From Armatimonadota bacterium (lineage in GTDB: Bacteria > Armatimonadota > HRBIN16): a stretch of DNA of 64,000 nucleotides. The notes below the pieces were generated by a model. That model had not been told where the DNA came from and searched no databases. It was given only the letters and a program-made list of their open reading frames with translations. Made by a program: the position numbers and the translations under genes. The stretch lies in the NCBI GenBank assembly GCA_963677485.1, contig OY781964.1, forward strand, positions 1,856,001-1,920,000. Direction: 5' to 3'. The stretch's first letter is position 1. Every line of letters starts with the position of its first letter. Positions 39,101-48,155 of the stretch are shown here, one piece after another.

Positions 39101-40364
39101 GCAGGCTCCTTCATGGATCGCCACCGGATACGGTATCGGCACTGGCTACATCGAGGGTGGGCCAAAGCAGGCTATCATTACCGGCGCACGGTTCTACTCC
39201 TCATTTGTTGATGTCGCCATGGCCGGTATGGAAGGCTACCAGGCTGAAGAAGGTGGAGGGGTGAGTGGCGCAGCCAAGAACGTGGCAATTACGCTTCTCA
39301 TGCGTAAGGGCAGCGAGTTGTCCGCCAAACAGCTCATGCAAGGCAGGCTGAAGGCCAACCAGCCCGTACGCACCTGGAAAGAGGTAGTTGAAGACGCAGA
39401 TTTTGAACAGGCTAAGCAGGACGGCCAGTCGCTTGTGAAAAAGTACCAGGGCGACCAGGATGCATTTGATGCAATGGTGAACAAAAACAAACCTTCAAAC
39501 CAGAAGGCGCAGGAATATATCGCGGCTAATGCCAACAGTCTTGCCAAAACCAAAGAAGGTAAGGTGCTAACGGAATCTCTCGCGACAGTCGAAAGCAGTT
39601 ATACCGCGAAGATGGCCATCAACGAACAGAGCATATCTGCTGCGACAAAGCAAAACTACAACCAGAATCTGGAACTGTTCATGGAAAAGCCGGTCGTCGA
39701 CCGTACCAAGGAACTGATGAAGCAGCGCGGCTGGAACGACTTCGAGATGAATCAGATCCGACATGGTGCCAACATAAACAAGGTGGGACGTGACCATGAC
39801 CTGGCCGTTCAAGAAGAGGGTTTCGATCCTCAAAAAGGCGGGCAGAAGAAGACCATCATGGAGTTTCAACAAGAGTTGGAGCTGTGCCTCAAGCAGGCAT
39901 ATCAAGAAAACAGCGGAGGCCGCACATCAAAGATGGCCGACTGGAAGGCTACCACATCCGTCGACCCAGAGGCCTACATAGACAAGAGTGTACTGAACCT
40001 GAATAAGCTCCGCGATCAAGGTGGTGATCCTTACTCGATGTTGAACAAAGACCTTGCCGAGCAAACAGGCGGAGTCAACCTTTACAAGGTCAAAACGGCA
40101 CTTGCCAAAGGCTCACGTGAGGGCACTGCAGAGGCGTGTCGAACGCTCAGCAAAGAGCTTGACACTAAGATACTTCCGTCATGTCCTAAAGGTAGTTCTC
40201 AGGCAATATACTTCCTGAACTTGAAGAAGGCACTCGACAAAGGGGCGACTGACCCTCGGAATGGCGAAATGATGGTATACGGAATTACCGGCATCCGGCT
40301 CGAGGACCTGGCTTACAAGATCAAATTCGAGCTCATGAATATCACCCAAACAGGCAAGCTATAA
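36102..40364 (+). CDS. Large secreted TPR + PKD domain protein with uncharacterised C-terminal region
   Basis: Signal peptide (real start probably GTG 36144 or ATG 36153), about 6 TPRs, PKD (WTFGDG...GTYTVKLVV), coiled coil, hydrophobic Gly/Ala stretch. Confidence 0.85.
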   Translation: MLYLRTYYSAGGNRVRRMLALLLISMVMLGSGTSAQDAVTYYKQGDTFQTSGQFVEAVKSYDKAIELDNKYVDAFIKRGQCKRQLKPPDYNGSLVDLSRAIKLDPKSFVAYNSRGGTYKAMMKYDLAMSDFNKAIELDSKSEKALYNRGTLWLDTKEYTKAVADLTLAINRVPSYVFSYFQRAKAYQALKRDQDALADYDKAVSMEPKYADAMHYRSILKQAMGDIQGAIADSRKAVEIDPKSNLYKAQLGDLLNAKPVDATVADTPDKPIASVNSTSIPITFLPDKPDDIAIWNNPATPWQKGATPITGNLTAAEMNTNMDFSTLDFDGYQSAVMAAMGSMRLVYGDMAPEEEGRFQAGWSPLIDFPTPIGLGYLNKMNPLLQEFLRLRSVMVSTAMQFDEAWTEAGVAAGFGLEDMAAGALQNANVYKQGLVNLKQRMDAVVQQITVLGDPPNPIAAKQRARKKLVQTLKSLPFVQITPANQTVSLGQPCKFMPTVRNMPAATKLSWTFGDGKSAVKPSATSVSYAYAKQGTYTVKLVVTDAKTGAKVGASEAKVTIGDAAPRGRYVLIDVTSKMEPEEWLEVTGGLGSITETHTSHEDPKDSTKETGSCSVEYSWTNPPSYIDPKVNTKFTSRTAFKSRSGRWSITVQGLNAALQFFKTDQVDIMNQIWTGQFNSLSMMDMVSIGSTSFLDEPRISTDGPKTEWHEKPGKYPQEQTWTAESDHIDTKDCPFAMVVIRVSCGYHIGYTCYKYKYDPTGVEQAISLAKIEQASKEQIETQTAQQAAANAQEQSRKDAIAGHTSTIAFYTTSITGLRSQLATETNPDRTKELNSRIVDALTEIQHEKDLIASIQTGTIVHNRTVAEDVQHTQLINSCFRDIQISKQIQDNALRARNFFKAADNLQALINILPQAEAAQLREWANKKLDVKAMVNRDSSKLKQISSAVLNVVQGKNLGDEAQAMEAINTLEEIKWGASTALIVVAPFAAAEGIVVGSTLAAQAPSWIATGYGIGTGYIEGGPKQAIITGARFYSSFVDVAMAGMEGYQAEEGGGVSGAAKNVAITLLMRKGSELSAKQLMQGRLKANQPVRTWKEVVEDADFEQAKQDGQSLVKKYQGDQDAFDAMVNKNKPSNQKAQEYIAANANSLAKTKEGKVLTESLATVESSYTAKMAINEQSISAATKQNYNQNLELFMEKPVVDRTKELMKQRGWNDFEMNQIRHGANINKVGRDHDLAVQEEGFDPQKGGQKKTIMEFQQELELCLKQAYQENSGGRTSKMADWKATTSVDPEAYIDKSVLNLNKLRDQGGDPYSMLNKDLAEQTGGVNLYKVKTALAKGSREGTAEACRTLSKELDTKILPSCPKGSSQAIYFLNLKKALDKGATDPRNGEMMVYGITGIRLEDLAYKIKFELMNITQTGKL

Positions 40365-42194
40365 GAGACGAGGAGCTATACACTGTATACCGACAGTGTG
40401 CAGAACTTCACAATGCGCACGAACTGGGCCACACGATTCTGGCCCCCATGTTCAAAAACTCGAATTCGAGCATGATAAAAGTCATCTCATGACTATGATG
40501 ACCAAACCTATCTTGGAGATAGTGATGCGGATGCCGCCATATACCCGCACATTGGTGTCGTAGCAACAAAGCCGATTGAAGCATTATGGGATCAGATTTG
40601 ACTATATTGAACGTTAATAGTGCTATACTGATGCCAGACCACACGGTAAGTAGCTTGTCACGTCTGGTATAGGAGTTATACACATGTCTCGTTTACTCGT
40701 TATGACCACTCTGGTATGGCTATCTTTGCTTGCATTGTTATTCCCAGCTTTACCAGTCTATGCATGCAGCACAGTGCCAACGATAGCCTCTTTTACGCCA
40801 ACAAACGGGAAAGCAGGTGATGCAGTAACGATTACCGGCACATACTTCACCTTGGCATCTGTCGTGAGATTCAATGGCATACTTGTGACCGCACTGACCG
40901 TGAAGAACGCAACCACACTCATCTCCACTGTGCCAGTTGGTGCCACAACCGGTGCTATTTCCGTCGCTACTGCATTCGGTACCGCTTCGAGCGCAATCCC
41001 CTTCTACATCGCACCTACGATAAGCTCTCTCTCCCCGACTAGTGGTAAGGTTGGTAACATCATCACGGTCACAGGGACGAGCTTTACTGGAGCAACGGCG
41101 GTTCAATTTAACGGCATGGTTGCGGAATTCAGCGTGGCAAACGACACATCGATCACTTCTACGGTTCCCGAAGGAGCCACTACTGGTAAGATATCGGTCA
41201 CTACCCCAGGCGGAAATGCGGCAAGCGGTGCAGATTTTACGGTCGTTGAGACGTCAACACTAGCAGTTACGATCGATCCTGGTGGTGGATATATCGGGAA
41301 ATTCAGTGATATATCACTCAACTATCATCTGATAGGGCCACAATCATACACTGGAACATTGTTATTAGGCGATGACGGAAAATCAACTATAAGTGGGCTT
41401 CTCCCCGGTGCTTACAAGCTATCTCTCACCGGTAGTCATTGGTTGAGGCGGATTATAAAGGGCATCTATGTAGATGGTTCCAACAGCGTGAACACGGCAT
41501 TAGCCAATGGTGATGCTGATGGCAATGATCAAGTAAACCTGTTCGACTTCGTAGTGCTTGACTCCAAGTTCAACTCAGCCGATATCATGGCCGATCTTGA
41601 TGGCGATGGTCAGGTTAACCTTTTTAATTACATGATCATTGACCTGTATTTTGGCGCACAAGCAGACAGCCTTCTTCTTCTCGAACCTAAGCTGAACCCC
41701 AAAGATGGCGCGGAGATGGTGTGGGTGCCTTCGGGGGAGTTTTTGATGGGATCCAACTCGAATAATTCGGATGAAAGCCCCCAGCGATCGGTCTATCTGG
41801 ACGGATTCTGGATGTATAAAGACGAGGTGACGGTGGGGCAGTATCGCACGTTCTGTCAGGCAACAAGCCGTTCTATGCCTGGTGCACCAGATTGGGGATG
41901 GCAGGATACACACCCGATGGTGAATGTGAGCTGGCAGGACTCGACGGCATATGCCAGTTGGGCAGGTGCTTCGCTTCCTACGGAGGCTCAGTGGGAAAAG
42001 GCTGCTAGAGGTACAGATGGGCGACAGTATCCTTGGGGGGACGTGTGGAACACATCCAAATGTGCCAACGCTGGTAATTCGCCATCGGGTACGAAGCCGG
42101 TAGGCAGCTACCCCTCTGGTCTCAGTCCATTTGAATGCATGGACATGGCGGGCAACACATGGGAGTGGTGCAATGATTGGTATAGTACCACCTA

Positions 42195-43850
42195 AGGCGG
42201 CTTAGCCGCAACCAAAAAAGGAATGATTGCATTCGCCACGTAATATACATTCAAACACCCTTTCGTGAGGTTGCCCAGAATGACATCACTTCAAGAACGC
42301 TATGCAAAGCAGATAGCTGGGGTATATTCATGCTTCGACCGCATAGTTATCACCGGTACAATCCCAGGCTGGTGTCATAGCGACGGAATGGGCATCTATC
42401 TTCATCAACGCAACATCAGGCTATTTGACTTTCCTAAGGAATTTGCCGAACCTCTACGAGATGAGATCAAAGCCAATGCGGAACGCCTTGCCGTTACCAA
42501 CAGCATTGAAATTGAGTATATACGCCGTGCCTCTTCATTTCGAAAAGAAGACCGCATCAAAGAGATCATTAGTAGTCGAGGGTGTCACCCCGGTCTCGTC
42601 CACATATTCTCAGTGTTGGAAAAATGTCCTGCATACACCCCGTGGCACGACAAGATTACCCACAAAACCCGGCTGAATATCAAGGAGACCAAGTGTCTTC
42701 ATTACTACTTCTATTTCATCGATGCAGAGTTTGGACTGTGCTATCTACGAGTTCCGACCTGGGTGCCCTTCCGTCTGCAATTCTATTGTAATGGACACAA
42801 TTATCTCGCGCATTGCCTTCAATCCGAGGGAGTAGTTTTCACTCCACTGGACAACGCCTTTGTAAAAATCGACGACTTTAGCTGTGCTCAGAGGCTGGCA
42901 GACGCTTTTCCTGCTGATAAGCTGCACCATGCGCTGGATGCATTTGCCAGAATGTATTGCCCCGTGATACGGCTTGCTGACAATTCATATCATTGGTCGC
43001 TAATGCAGGTGGAATATGCTACAGACATCGTGTTCAAACGCGCCGAAGACCTCAAAGCCATCTACGATAATCTAGTCAAAACAGCGATACATACGGTAAC
43101 GCCAGAGTCTATCGCGATGTTTCTTGGTAAGAAACTTGATGGGCGAACACTCGCTGAGATCGGCACTGACTACAAGTTCGATCGCCGCATACAAGGCACG
43201 CGCATCAAACACTACATGGGATGGGCTTCTATCAAAATGTATGACAAGCAAGGGATAATCTTGCGTATCGAGACGACTGTGAATGACGTCTCTGAATTTA
43301 AACACTACCGTGAGGTAGAACATCATGATGGGACGACTGAGATTAAATACGCCCCTATGCAAAAGACCATCTACAGCCTTCCTCCATTGAGGGAACTGTT
43401 ATTATCTGCAAACAACAGATATCTTGACTTTCTTTCCGCCCTTGATGACAACAGCGATGGTGAACATCAGATCATCAAAATCGCGACCTCGACCACCCGT
43501 GATCATCGCTCGTATCGAGGATTCAACCTTTTCCTCAAGAAGGATTTGGAATGTCTCATTGCACTTGCTCGCGGAGAGGGATGCATCAGCGGGATCACAA
43601 ACCGTATGCTTCAAAAAGCCTTACCGCAGATGTCCAGCTCTCAGATATCATACTTCATCAAGCGATGCCGAGTATTCCGGCTCGTTAAAAAATGCGGTAA
43701 ACGCTACAAATACTACCTCACTGCACTTGGCAAGCGTATCATCATGGCAGCACTTGCTATTCGCCAGATCGTTGTGCCTAACGCTTTGTGTGGTGCGTAA
43801 TATCAGAATATTCTATACACCGTGTTCAAAATATGGTTGGTAAGATACTA
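42195..43850 (+). mobile_element. 1656-bp insertion element without long TIRs, CTA at both junctions
   Basis: Left junction acCTA|aggcggcttagccgcaacc, right junction gataCTA|ttaccaa. Excision restores the host reading frame. Left-end hairpin GCGGC-tta-GCCGC. Confidence 0.85.
42280..43800 (+). CDS. Putative transposase with Rep_trans-like (rolling-circle initiator) motifs and C-terminal winged helix
   Basis: CFDRIVITG, QVEYATD (~43006), IKMYDK (Tyr codon 43240), LRIETT (43261), wHTH ending YYLTALG. ATG 42280 follows GAGG. It is the only gene in the insertion. Confidence 0.7.
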   Translation: MTSLQERYAKQIAGVYSCFDRIVITGTIPGWCHSDGMGIYLHQRNIRLFDFPKEFAEPLRDEIKANAERLAVTNSIEIEYIRRASSFRKEDRIKEIISSRGCHPGLVHIFSVLEKCPAYTPWHDKITHKTRLNIKETKCLHYYFYFIDAEFGLCYLRVPTWVPFRLQFYCNGHNYLAHCLQSEGVVFTPLDNAFVKIDDFSCAQRLADAFPADKLHHALDAFARMYCPVIRLADNSYHWSLMQVEYATDIVFKRAEDLKAIYDNLVKTAIHTVTPESIAMFLGKKLDGRTLAEIGTDYKFDRRIQGTRIKHYMGWASIKMYDKQGIILRIETTVNDVSEFKHYREVEHHDGTTEIKYAPMQKTIYSLPPLRELLLSANNRYLDFLSALDDNSDGEHQIIKIATSTTRDHRSYRGFNLFLKKDLECLIALARGEGCISGITNRMLQKALPQMSSSQISYFIKRCRVFRLVKKCGKRYKYYLTALGKRIIMAALAIRQIVVPNALCGA

Positions 43851-44664
43851 TTACCAAATAGCACCTGGCAGAAACCCTCTCGGTCCCGTTGATGGCCAAT
43901 ATCGGCTGATGCGTGGTGGGTCGTGGCTCGACGGTGCCGAAGCCAGTTCGTTCCGCTGTTCGTTCCGAACCTACAATCTACCTACGAACCGGTACATCAG
44001 CATCGGCTTTCGTTGCGCCATGACGGAATAGCGGCTTGCGCATTGCCAAGACAGCCGCCTCTGCCCATTTGCGAGTATGCGATCAAGCCCTACACACCAC
44101 GGTTTTGCACAGGTGTCATCCGCATACCTGGCGGCTCCATGGGCAAGCCGGGTCTCAGTAAGGCCTTTACGCAAGGAAAATACATCGGCATCAACTGGAA
44201 TGTATCTGGTGCTGATACCGCCGAGAAATGCCTGGCTGCGAGCATCATTGCAGCTAATGTGAAACAGTGGGCGAATAAACGGCAATGCCTGGTGGTTTTG
44301 GACCACGATTCCTCTATGAAGAAGAGCCTTCCTGCTGCTTTATAGATGATCATCCCCTACTATCTTTCGAAGGGGTATCACTTCGGTACACTCTGTTCCG
44401 ATAGCTCCTGGCGAAAAGCCGTGGCTGCCGGACTGGTTCCACAAGAGCCCGCTTATACAATCAATAACAAAATCAAGCCGAAGTTATGAGTGGTTTTCCT
44501 GTCCCCAGACAACATGATGACCGCGCGTTGAATGCCTGGTTTCCGTGCAGCAGGCTTGCCCGTGGCCTGCAGATGGAGGTAAAATGCATTCGGTGATACC
44601 GCATTTTGCCTCAACCAACCGATGATTCCCCGCTCATGCGGGTTGATACAAGGAGATTCAGCTT

Positions 44665-45621
44665 ATGATCGTCCCCACCAGTGTGCTGTTTAAGCACGCG
44701 TATTTAAAATACGCACTTGGTGCATACAACATCAACAACCTCGAGCAGACCATGGGCCTGTTCAAGGGTAACATGGATTCCAAGGCACCCTTCATTATCC
44801 AGATTTCCAAGGGCGCACGCAGCTACACCGACAAGCGCATGCTTGAGGCGATGATCCGCGCAGCAGACGAAATCTGGCCAGACGCACTTTTTGCTGTTCA
44901 CCTTGACCATGGCGACGAAGAAGCATGTATGGACTGCATCGCCAGCGGCTTCTACAGCTCCGTGATGATCGACGGCAGCAGCCTTCCCCTGGAAGAGAAC
45001 ATCGCCGTCACCAAGCGTGTCGTCGAAGCAGCTCATGCTAAAGGCGTGAGCGTGGAAGCGGAACTCGGCACCCTGGGTGGCGTGGAAGAGCACGTTGCAG
45101 TGGACGAGAAAAATGCGCACCTCACCGACCCCAAAGAGGCAGAGTATTTCATCAAGAAGTCCGGCTGCGACAGCCTCGCCTGCGCGATTGGCACCAGCCA
45201 TGGCGCATTTAAGTTCAGCGGTGGTCAGGGTATCCATTTCGAGATCATTGACGCCATCCGCGAACTAGAGCCAGGTTTCCCGCTAGTTATGCACGGTTCC
45301 TCCAGCGTTCCGCAAGAAGAAGTTGAGTTGATCAACAAATACGGCGGCGCCATCAAGGGTGCCAAGGGTGTGGATGCTAACCAGTACCTGCCCGCAGCCA
45401 AGAAGGGCGTCACCAAAATCAACATCGACACCGACGGCCGCCTGGTGTGGTGCCGTGTTCACCGCCAGATGTTCGTAGAGAAGCCTGAAAACTTCGACCT
45501 GCGACCTCCCGGTATCATCTTCCAGAAGGAATATGCCAAGTTCATCGCCAGCCGCAATGTACTGCTTGGTTCCGCTGGTCAGTTGGATTCCGCCCGTGAG
45601 TTCTGCAAAGCCAATCTGTAG
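44665..45621 (+). CDS. fba: Fructose-bisphosphate aldolase class II
   Basis: HLDHG, SVMIDGS, EAELG, AIGTSHGAFK, VMHGSS, KINIDTD. Confidence 0.95.
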   Translation: MIVPTSVLFKHAYLKYALGAYNINNLEQTMGLFKGNMDSKAPFIIQISKGARSYTDKRMLEAMIRAADEIWPDALFAVHLDHGDEEACMDCIASGFYSSVMIDGSSLPLEENIAVTKRVVEAAHAKGVSVEAELGTLGGVEEHVAVDEKNAHLTDPKEAEYFIKKSGCDSLACAIGTSHGAFKFSGGQGIHFEIIDAIRELEPGFPLVMHGSSSVPQEEVELINKYGGAIKGAKGVDANQYLPAAKKGVTKINIDTDGRLVWCRVHRQMFVEKPENFDLRPPGIIFQKEYAKFIASRNVLLGSAGQLDSAREFCKANL

Positions 45622-45645
45622 TCTTTCGATTGGTACGGTTCGAAA

Positions 45646-45674
45646 GCCCCTCCTTGACCGGAGGGGCCTTTTTT
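45646..45674 (+). terminator. Intrinsic terminator
   Basis: GCCCCTCC-ttgacc-GGAGGGGC-cTTTTTT after fba. Confidence 0.8.
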
Positions 45675-45764
45675 CGTATGTATGAGTAGCCGTTTATGAG
45701 GGCAGGCTAATACCCACAAATGAATAACAGGTATATGGCCACGGTGCCGCGACATGAATGTCTC

Positions 45765-45881
45765 GGCTATTGACATGCCAAGCCTGCTGAAGCAGTCTGG
45801 GTGCAGCCACCATACAACAACGGCACCCTCCCAGGGCGAAGCCCTGCAGCCTGCTTCAGCAGGCTTGGTATGACAATAGCC
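45765..45881. repeat. 35-bp inverted repeat pair (REP doublet)
   Basis: 45765-45799 versus 45847-45881, three mismatches. The core GCCTGCTGAAGCAGGC is itself palindromic, and a related copy lies near 58218. Confidence 0.8.
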
Positions 45882-45935
45882 ATGTGCTTTAGCGCGTGGC
45901 GGTGCTTCAATGATATTTGTGTGTATGAGTAGCCG

Positions 45936-47735
45936 TTATTTGGGCATGGATGGGGTATGGCGTATGGAGCCAGTGAATAGCGGCGTCATCCCGGGCTTTG
46001 TTCGAGGATACACGCCGACCACGCTGTTCCCTTCCCACAGATAGCTCATCTTCAAATCCGGCACCGAAGGCCACAAGCCCGACACCGTATGCTCAAACCG
46101 TATGACCGGGTATGTGATGCTCAGCGTATCACCTGCTGAGGCGCTAAACTGCAGGTAATCACCTGACCACTTCGGACTGATCTGCTTGGAGTTCTGAAAG
46201 GCCCGTATAGCGTCTCGTTCAGCCCAGTGTGGGGGACGGATATAGAACCGGTCACTGACACGGGCAGTGACCGACAACCGCCCCTCATCCGGCAGGGATG
46301 AGCTCACAGTTCCCCACTCGGAATCGCGGCTGAAGCACATATTGACATAAACGCCAGATGGCCCTAACGGTGAGTTGGGGTTCTTGCAGATGGTGTTCAG
46401 CCAGGTGGTATACACTGCACGCATACCCTCCGGTGCGCAGCAACCTGCGATTTTGAACACATAACCGGCTCCGCCAAGTTGACTGTTTTCGAAGTCGTTC
46501 AGCCCGGCGTTGTAGAACCCGCCCTGGAATTTACGGACCTCTGCCAGTCCATTTTCAACCTTCTCTTTTCCCAGTGCTTTATTCATTTCTCGATATTTCG
46601 TCTCAAACTCTGGGGTTGCAATGAACTGCAGATTACCTATATAGTTCCGCATGTAGCGTTCGATATAGTCGTAGTATTCCGGGTGCCCATCAAGCGCGAT
46701 GTATGAGGCCGTGGACATCATATCGGATATCAGACAAACCTCGGTGCACGTCGATGCCCAGGCTGGTGCTGCAGGAAACCATCCCGTTCCGGTGCTGCGG
46801 CTGAGCATCCAGTCCCATGAACGCTTGGCAAACTCCACATACCGCCTCTCTTCAGTCACTATACCCAGATGGGCAATCCCCCAGACCGCATGCATGGTCA
46901 TGTGGCCATGACCGCTGCCAAAGTTTCCATCAGCCGCGAATGCGATGCTGCCAGGCTGCAATCCCTCTATGATCCCATCTGCATACGCCCTGGCGAAATC
47001 CAACGCTTCAGCGTCACCAGTTGACAGCCAATAGTTGATCAGTGCTTCGACTAAGGGTGCTGGTTGGGCCGTTGGTAATGCGACGGTGCCGTCTGGATGC
47101 ATCCCGCCCATCCCGCTTAGAATCCAGCACCGGCCTTTTGCGTCCCACACCGCCAGCTTCTTCAACATGAGCATGATCTTCCGAGCCAGTGCTTTCGACT
47201 TTGGATTACTCGTCCTGCGATAGTCTTCCGAAAGACTCGTCAGAATCTTGGTCGCACCCCATATATGGATGATGTAGTCGCTCTTTTTGTATACAGCGTC
47301 GACATTGCCCTCATAGAAACATCCTGGCGCACTCCACACGTAACCATTGTCATCGACATAGCTCAACATGCGCTTATGGAAAGCCTTCTCGACATCGCGC
47401 CCCATATCTGAGCCGGTGATGTCGCGCATGTAATACCACTCCCAATCCATACGGGCATCTGTGTCACAAGGCACAATCGGGTCGGTACCCTCTGGAGCTG
47501 GCGGGCACTGGTAGGTAAAACACTGGAAGACAGGATCATAGTTCAGGTGCTTACGGGGTGATTCCGTTAGGTAACGCAGTGACCATTGGGCCATGCGGTT
47601 CAAGTCGATATCTTCAGATCGTGCGAGAACAGAGGATTGCGAAGCTGCCTCGGACACTTGTTTTGCCAGCCGGATGTTTCTGACCGTTCCTGTCAGGCCC
47701 TTAATACTTGCCGCCGTCACAGATGCAGTGCTCAT
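45936..47735 (-). CDS. GH127/GH146-like (alpha/alpha)6 glycoside hydrolase
   Basis: GHGH, TEVC and GCCAPEG resemble the Glu/Cys Zn-site motifs of beta-L-arabinofuranosidases. C-terminal beta domain (IRPPHW). Confidence 0.55.
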   Translation of the reverse strand: MSTASVTAASIKGLTGTVRNIRLAKQVSEAASQSSVLARSEDIDLNRMAQWSLRYLTESPRKHLNYDPVFQCFTYQCPPAPEGTDPIVPCDTDARMDWEWYYMRDITGSDMGRDVEKAFHKRMLSYVDDNGYVWSAPGCFYEGNVDAVYKKSDYIIHIWGATKILTSLSEDYRRTSNPKSKALARKIMLMLKKLAVWDAKGRCWILSGMGGMHPDGTVALPTAQPAPLVEALINYWLSTGDAEALDFARAYADGIIEGLQPGSIAFAADGNFGSGHGHMTMHAVWGIAHLGIVTEERRYVEFAKRSWDWMLSRSTGTGWFPAAPAWASTCTEVCLISDMMSTASYIALDGHPEYYDYIERYMRNYIGNLQFIATPEFETKYREMNKALGKEKVENGLAEVRKFQGGFYNAGLNDFENSQLGGAGYVFKIAGCCAPEGMRAVYTTWLNTICKNPNSPLGPSGVYVNMCFSRDSEWGTVSSSLPDEGRLSVTARVSDRFYIRPPHWAERDAIRAFQNSKQISPKWSGDYLQFSASAGDTLSITYPVIRFEHTVSGLWPSVPDLKMSYLWEGNSVVGVYPRTKPGMTPLFTGSIRHTPSMPK

Positions 47736-48155
47736 TCATAATCTCCAAAACGCGACAACCAATCTGCCGTATATGTAGTTAGCCAACGAACCGCCGTCAA
47801 AAGATGACGCCCAGATCAGACCACGTTGATAGTATCATAACCCGCGGGTTTGCACAGGTCTATGTTTTTCGGTCATTGTGAGCATCATAGCTTCGGTACC
47901 GGTGGCATGTAGGTACACCCAGGGCGATTCGCCAATCGCCCCAAGTACGCTGAAGCGGACGGGGGAATACTCCCTGCGCCGGCCGGAGCGTAGCGACGCC
48001 GGCCGCTAATGATCAGCCACGCGGTGAGGAAACCCCGTAGGGACGCCAGTCCCGTGGGGTGACTGAACCCGTGGCCATTTGCCAATATCGTCAGTTACAC
48101 CCTGGGCTGCCGTGCCATCACGGGCGGTTGCTTGTTCCTGACACACATCATCCAT

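Larger units (their letters stand above)
40684..44031 (+). pseudogene. Secreted IPT/TIG + dockerin-like + FGE-sulfatase (SUMF1) domain protein, interrupted by the 42195-43850 insertion
   Basis: The 5' part ends ...DMAGNTWEWCNDWYSTT*. The 3' part resumes YQIAPGRNPLGP...RGGSW...GFRCA. Removing the insert restores one frame of about 563 aa. Confidence 0.88.

Noticed and set aside
42280-43800. Calling this gene a MarR-type regulator or a group II intron/RT protein
   Set aside because: The wHTH covers only the C-terminal ~70 aa, there is no RT YxDD motif, and only ~85 and ~50 bp of non-coding flank remain, too short for a ribozyme.
43851-44031. DGR variable region in the C-type-lectin-fold (FGE) C-terminus
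   Set aside because: No template repeat or reverse transcriptase is present in the window.
43923-44345. 140-aa ORF after the FGE domain
   Set aside because: It overlaps the FGE C-terminus and has no RBS or recognisable motif. It is at most an unidentifiable gene remnant.
47921-48126. Structured ncRNA or tRNA-like element
   Set aside because: The hairpins correspond to REP/MITE modules seen elsewhere (13704-13737, 22470, 58260), with no tRNA or riboswitch consensus.
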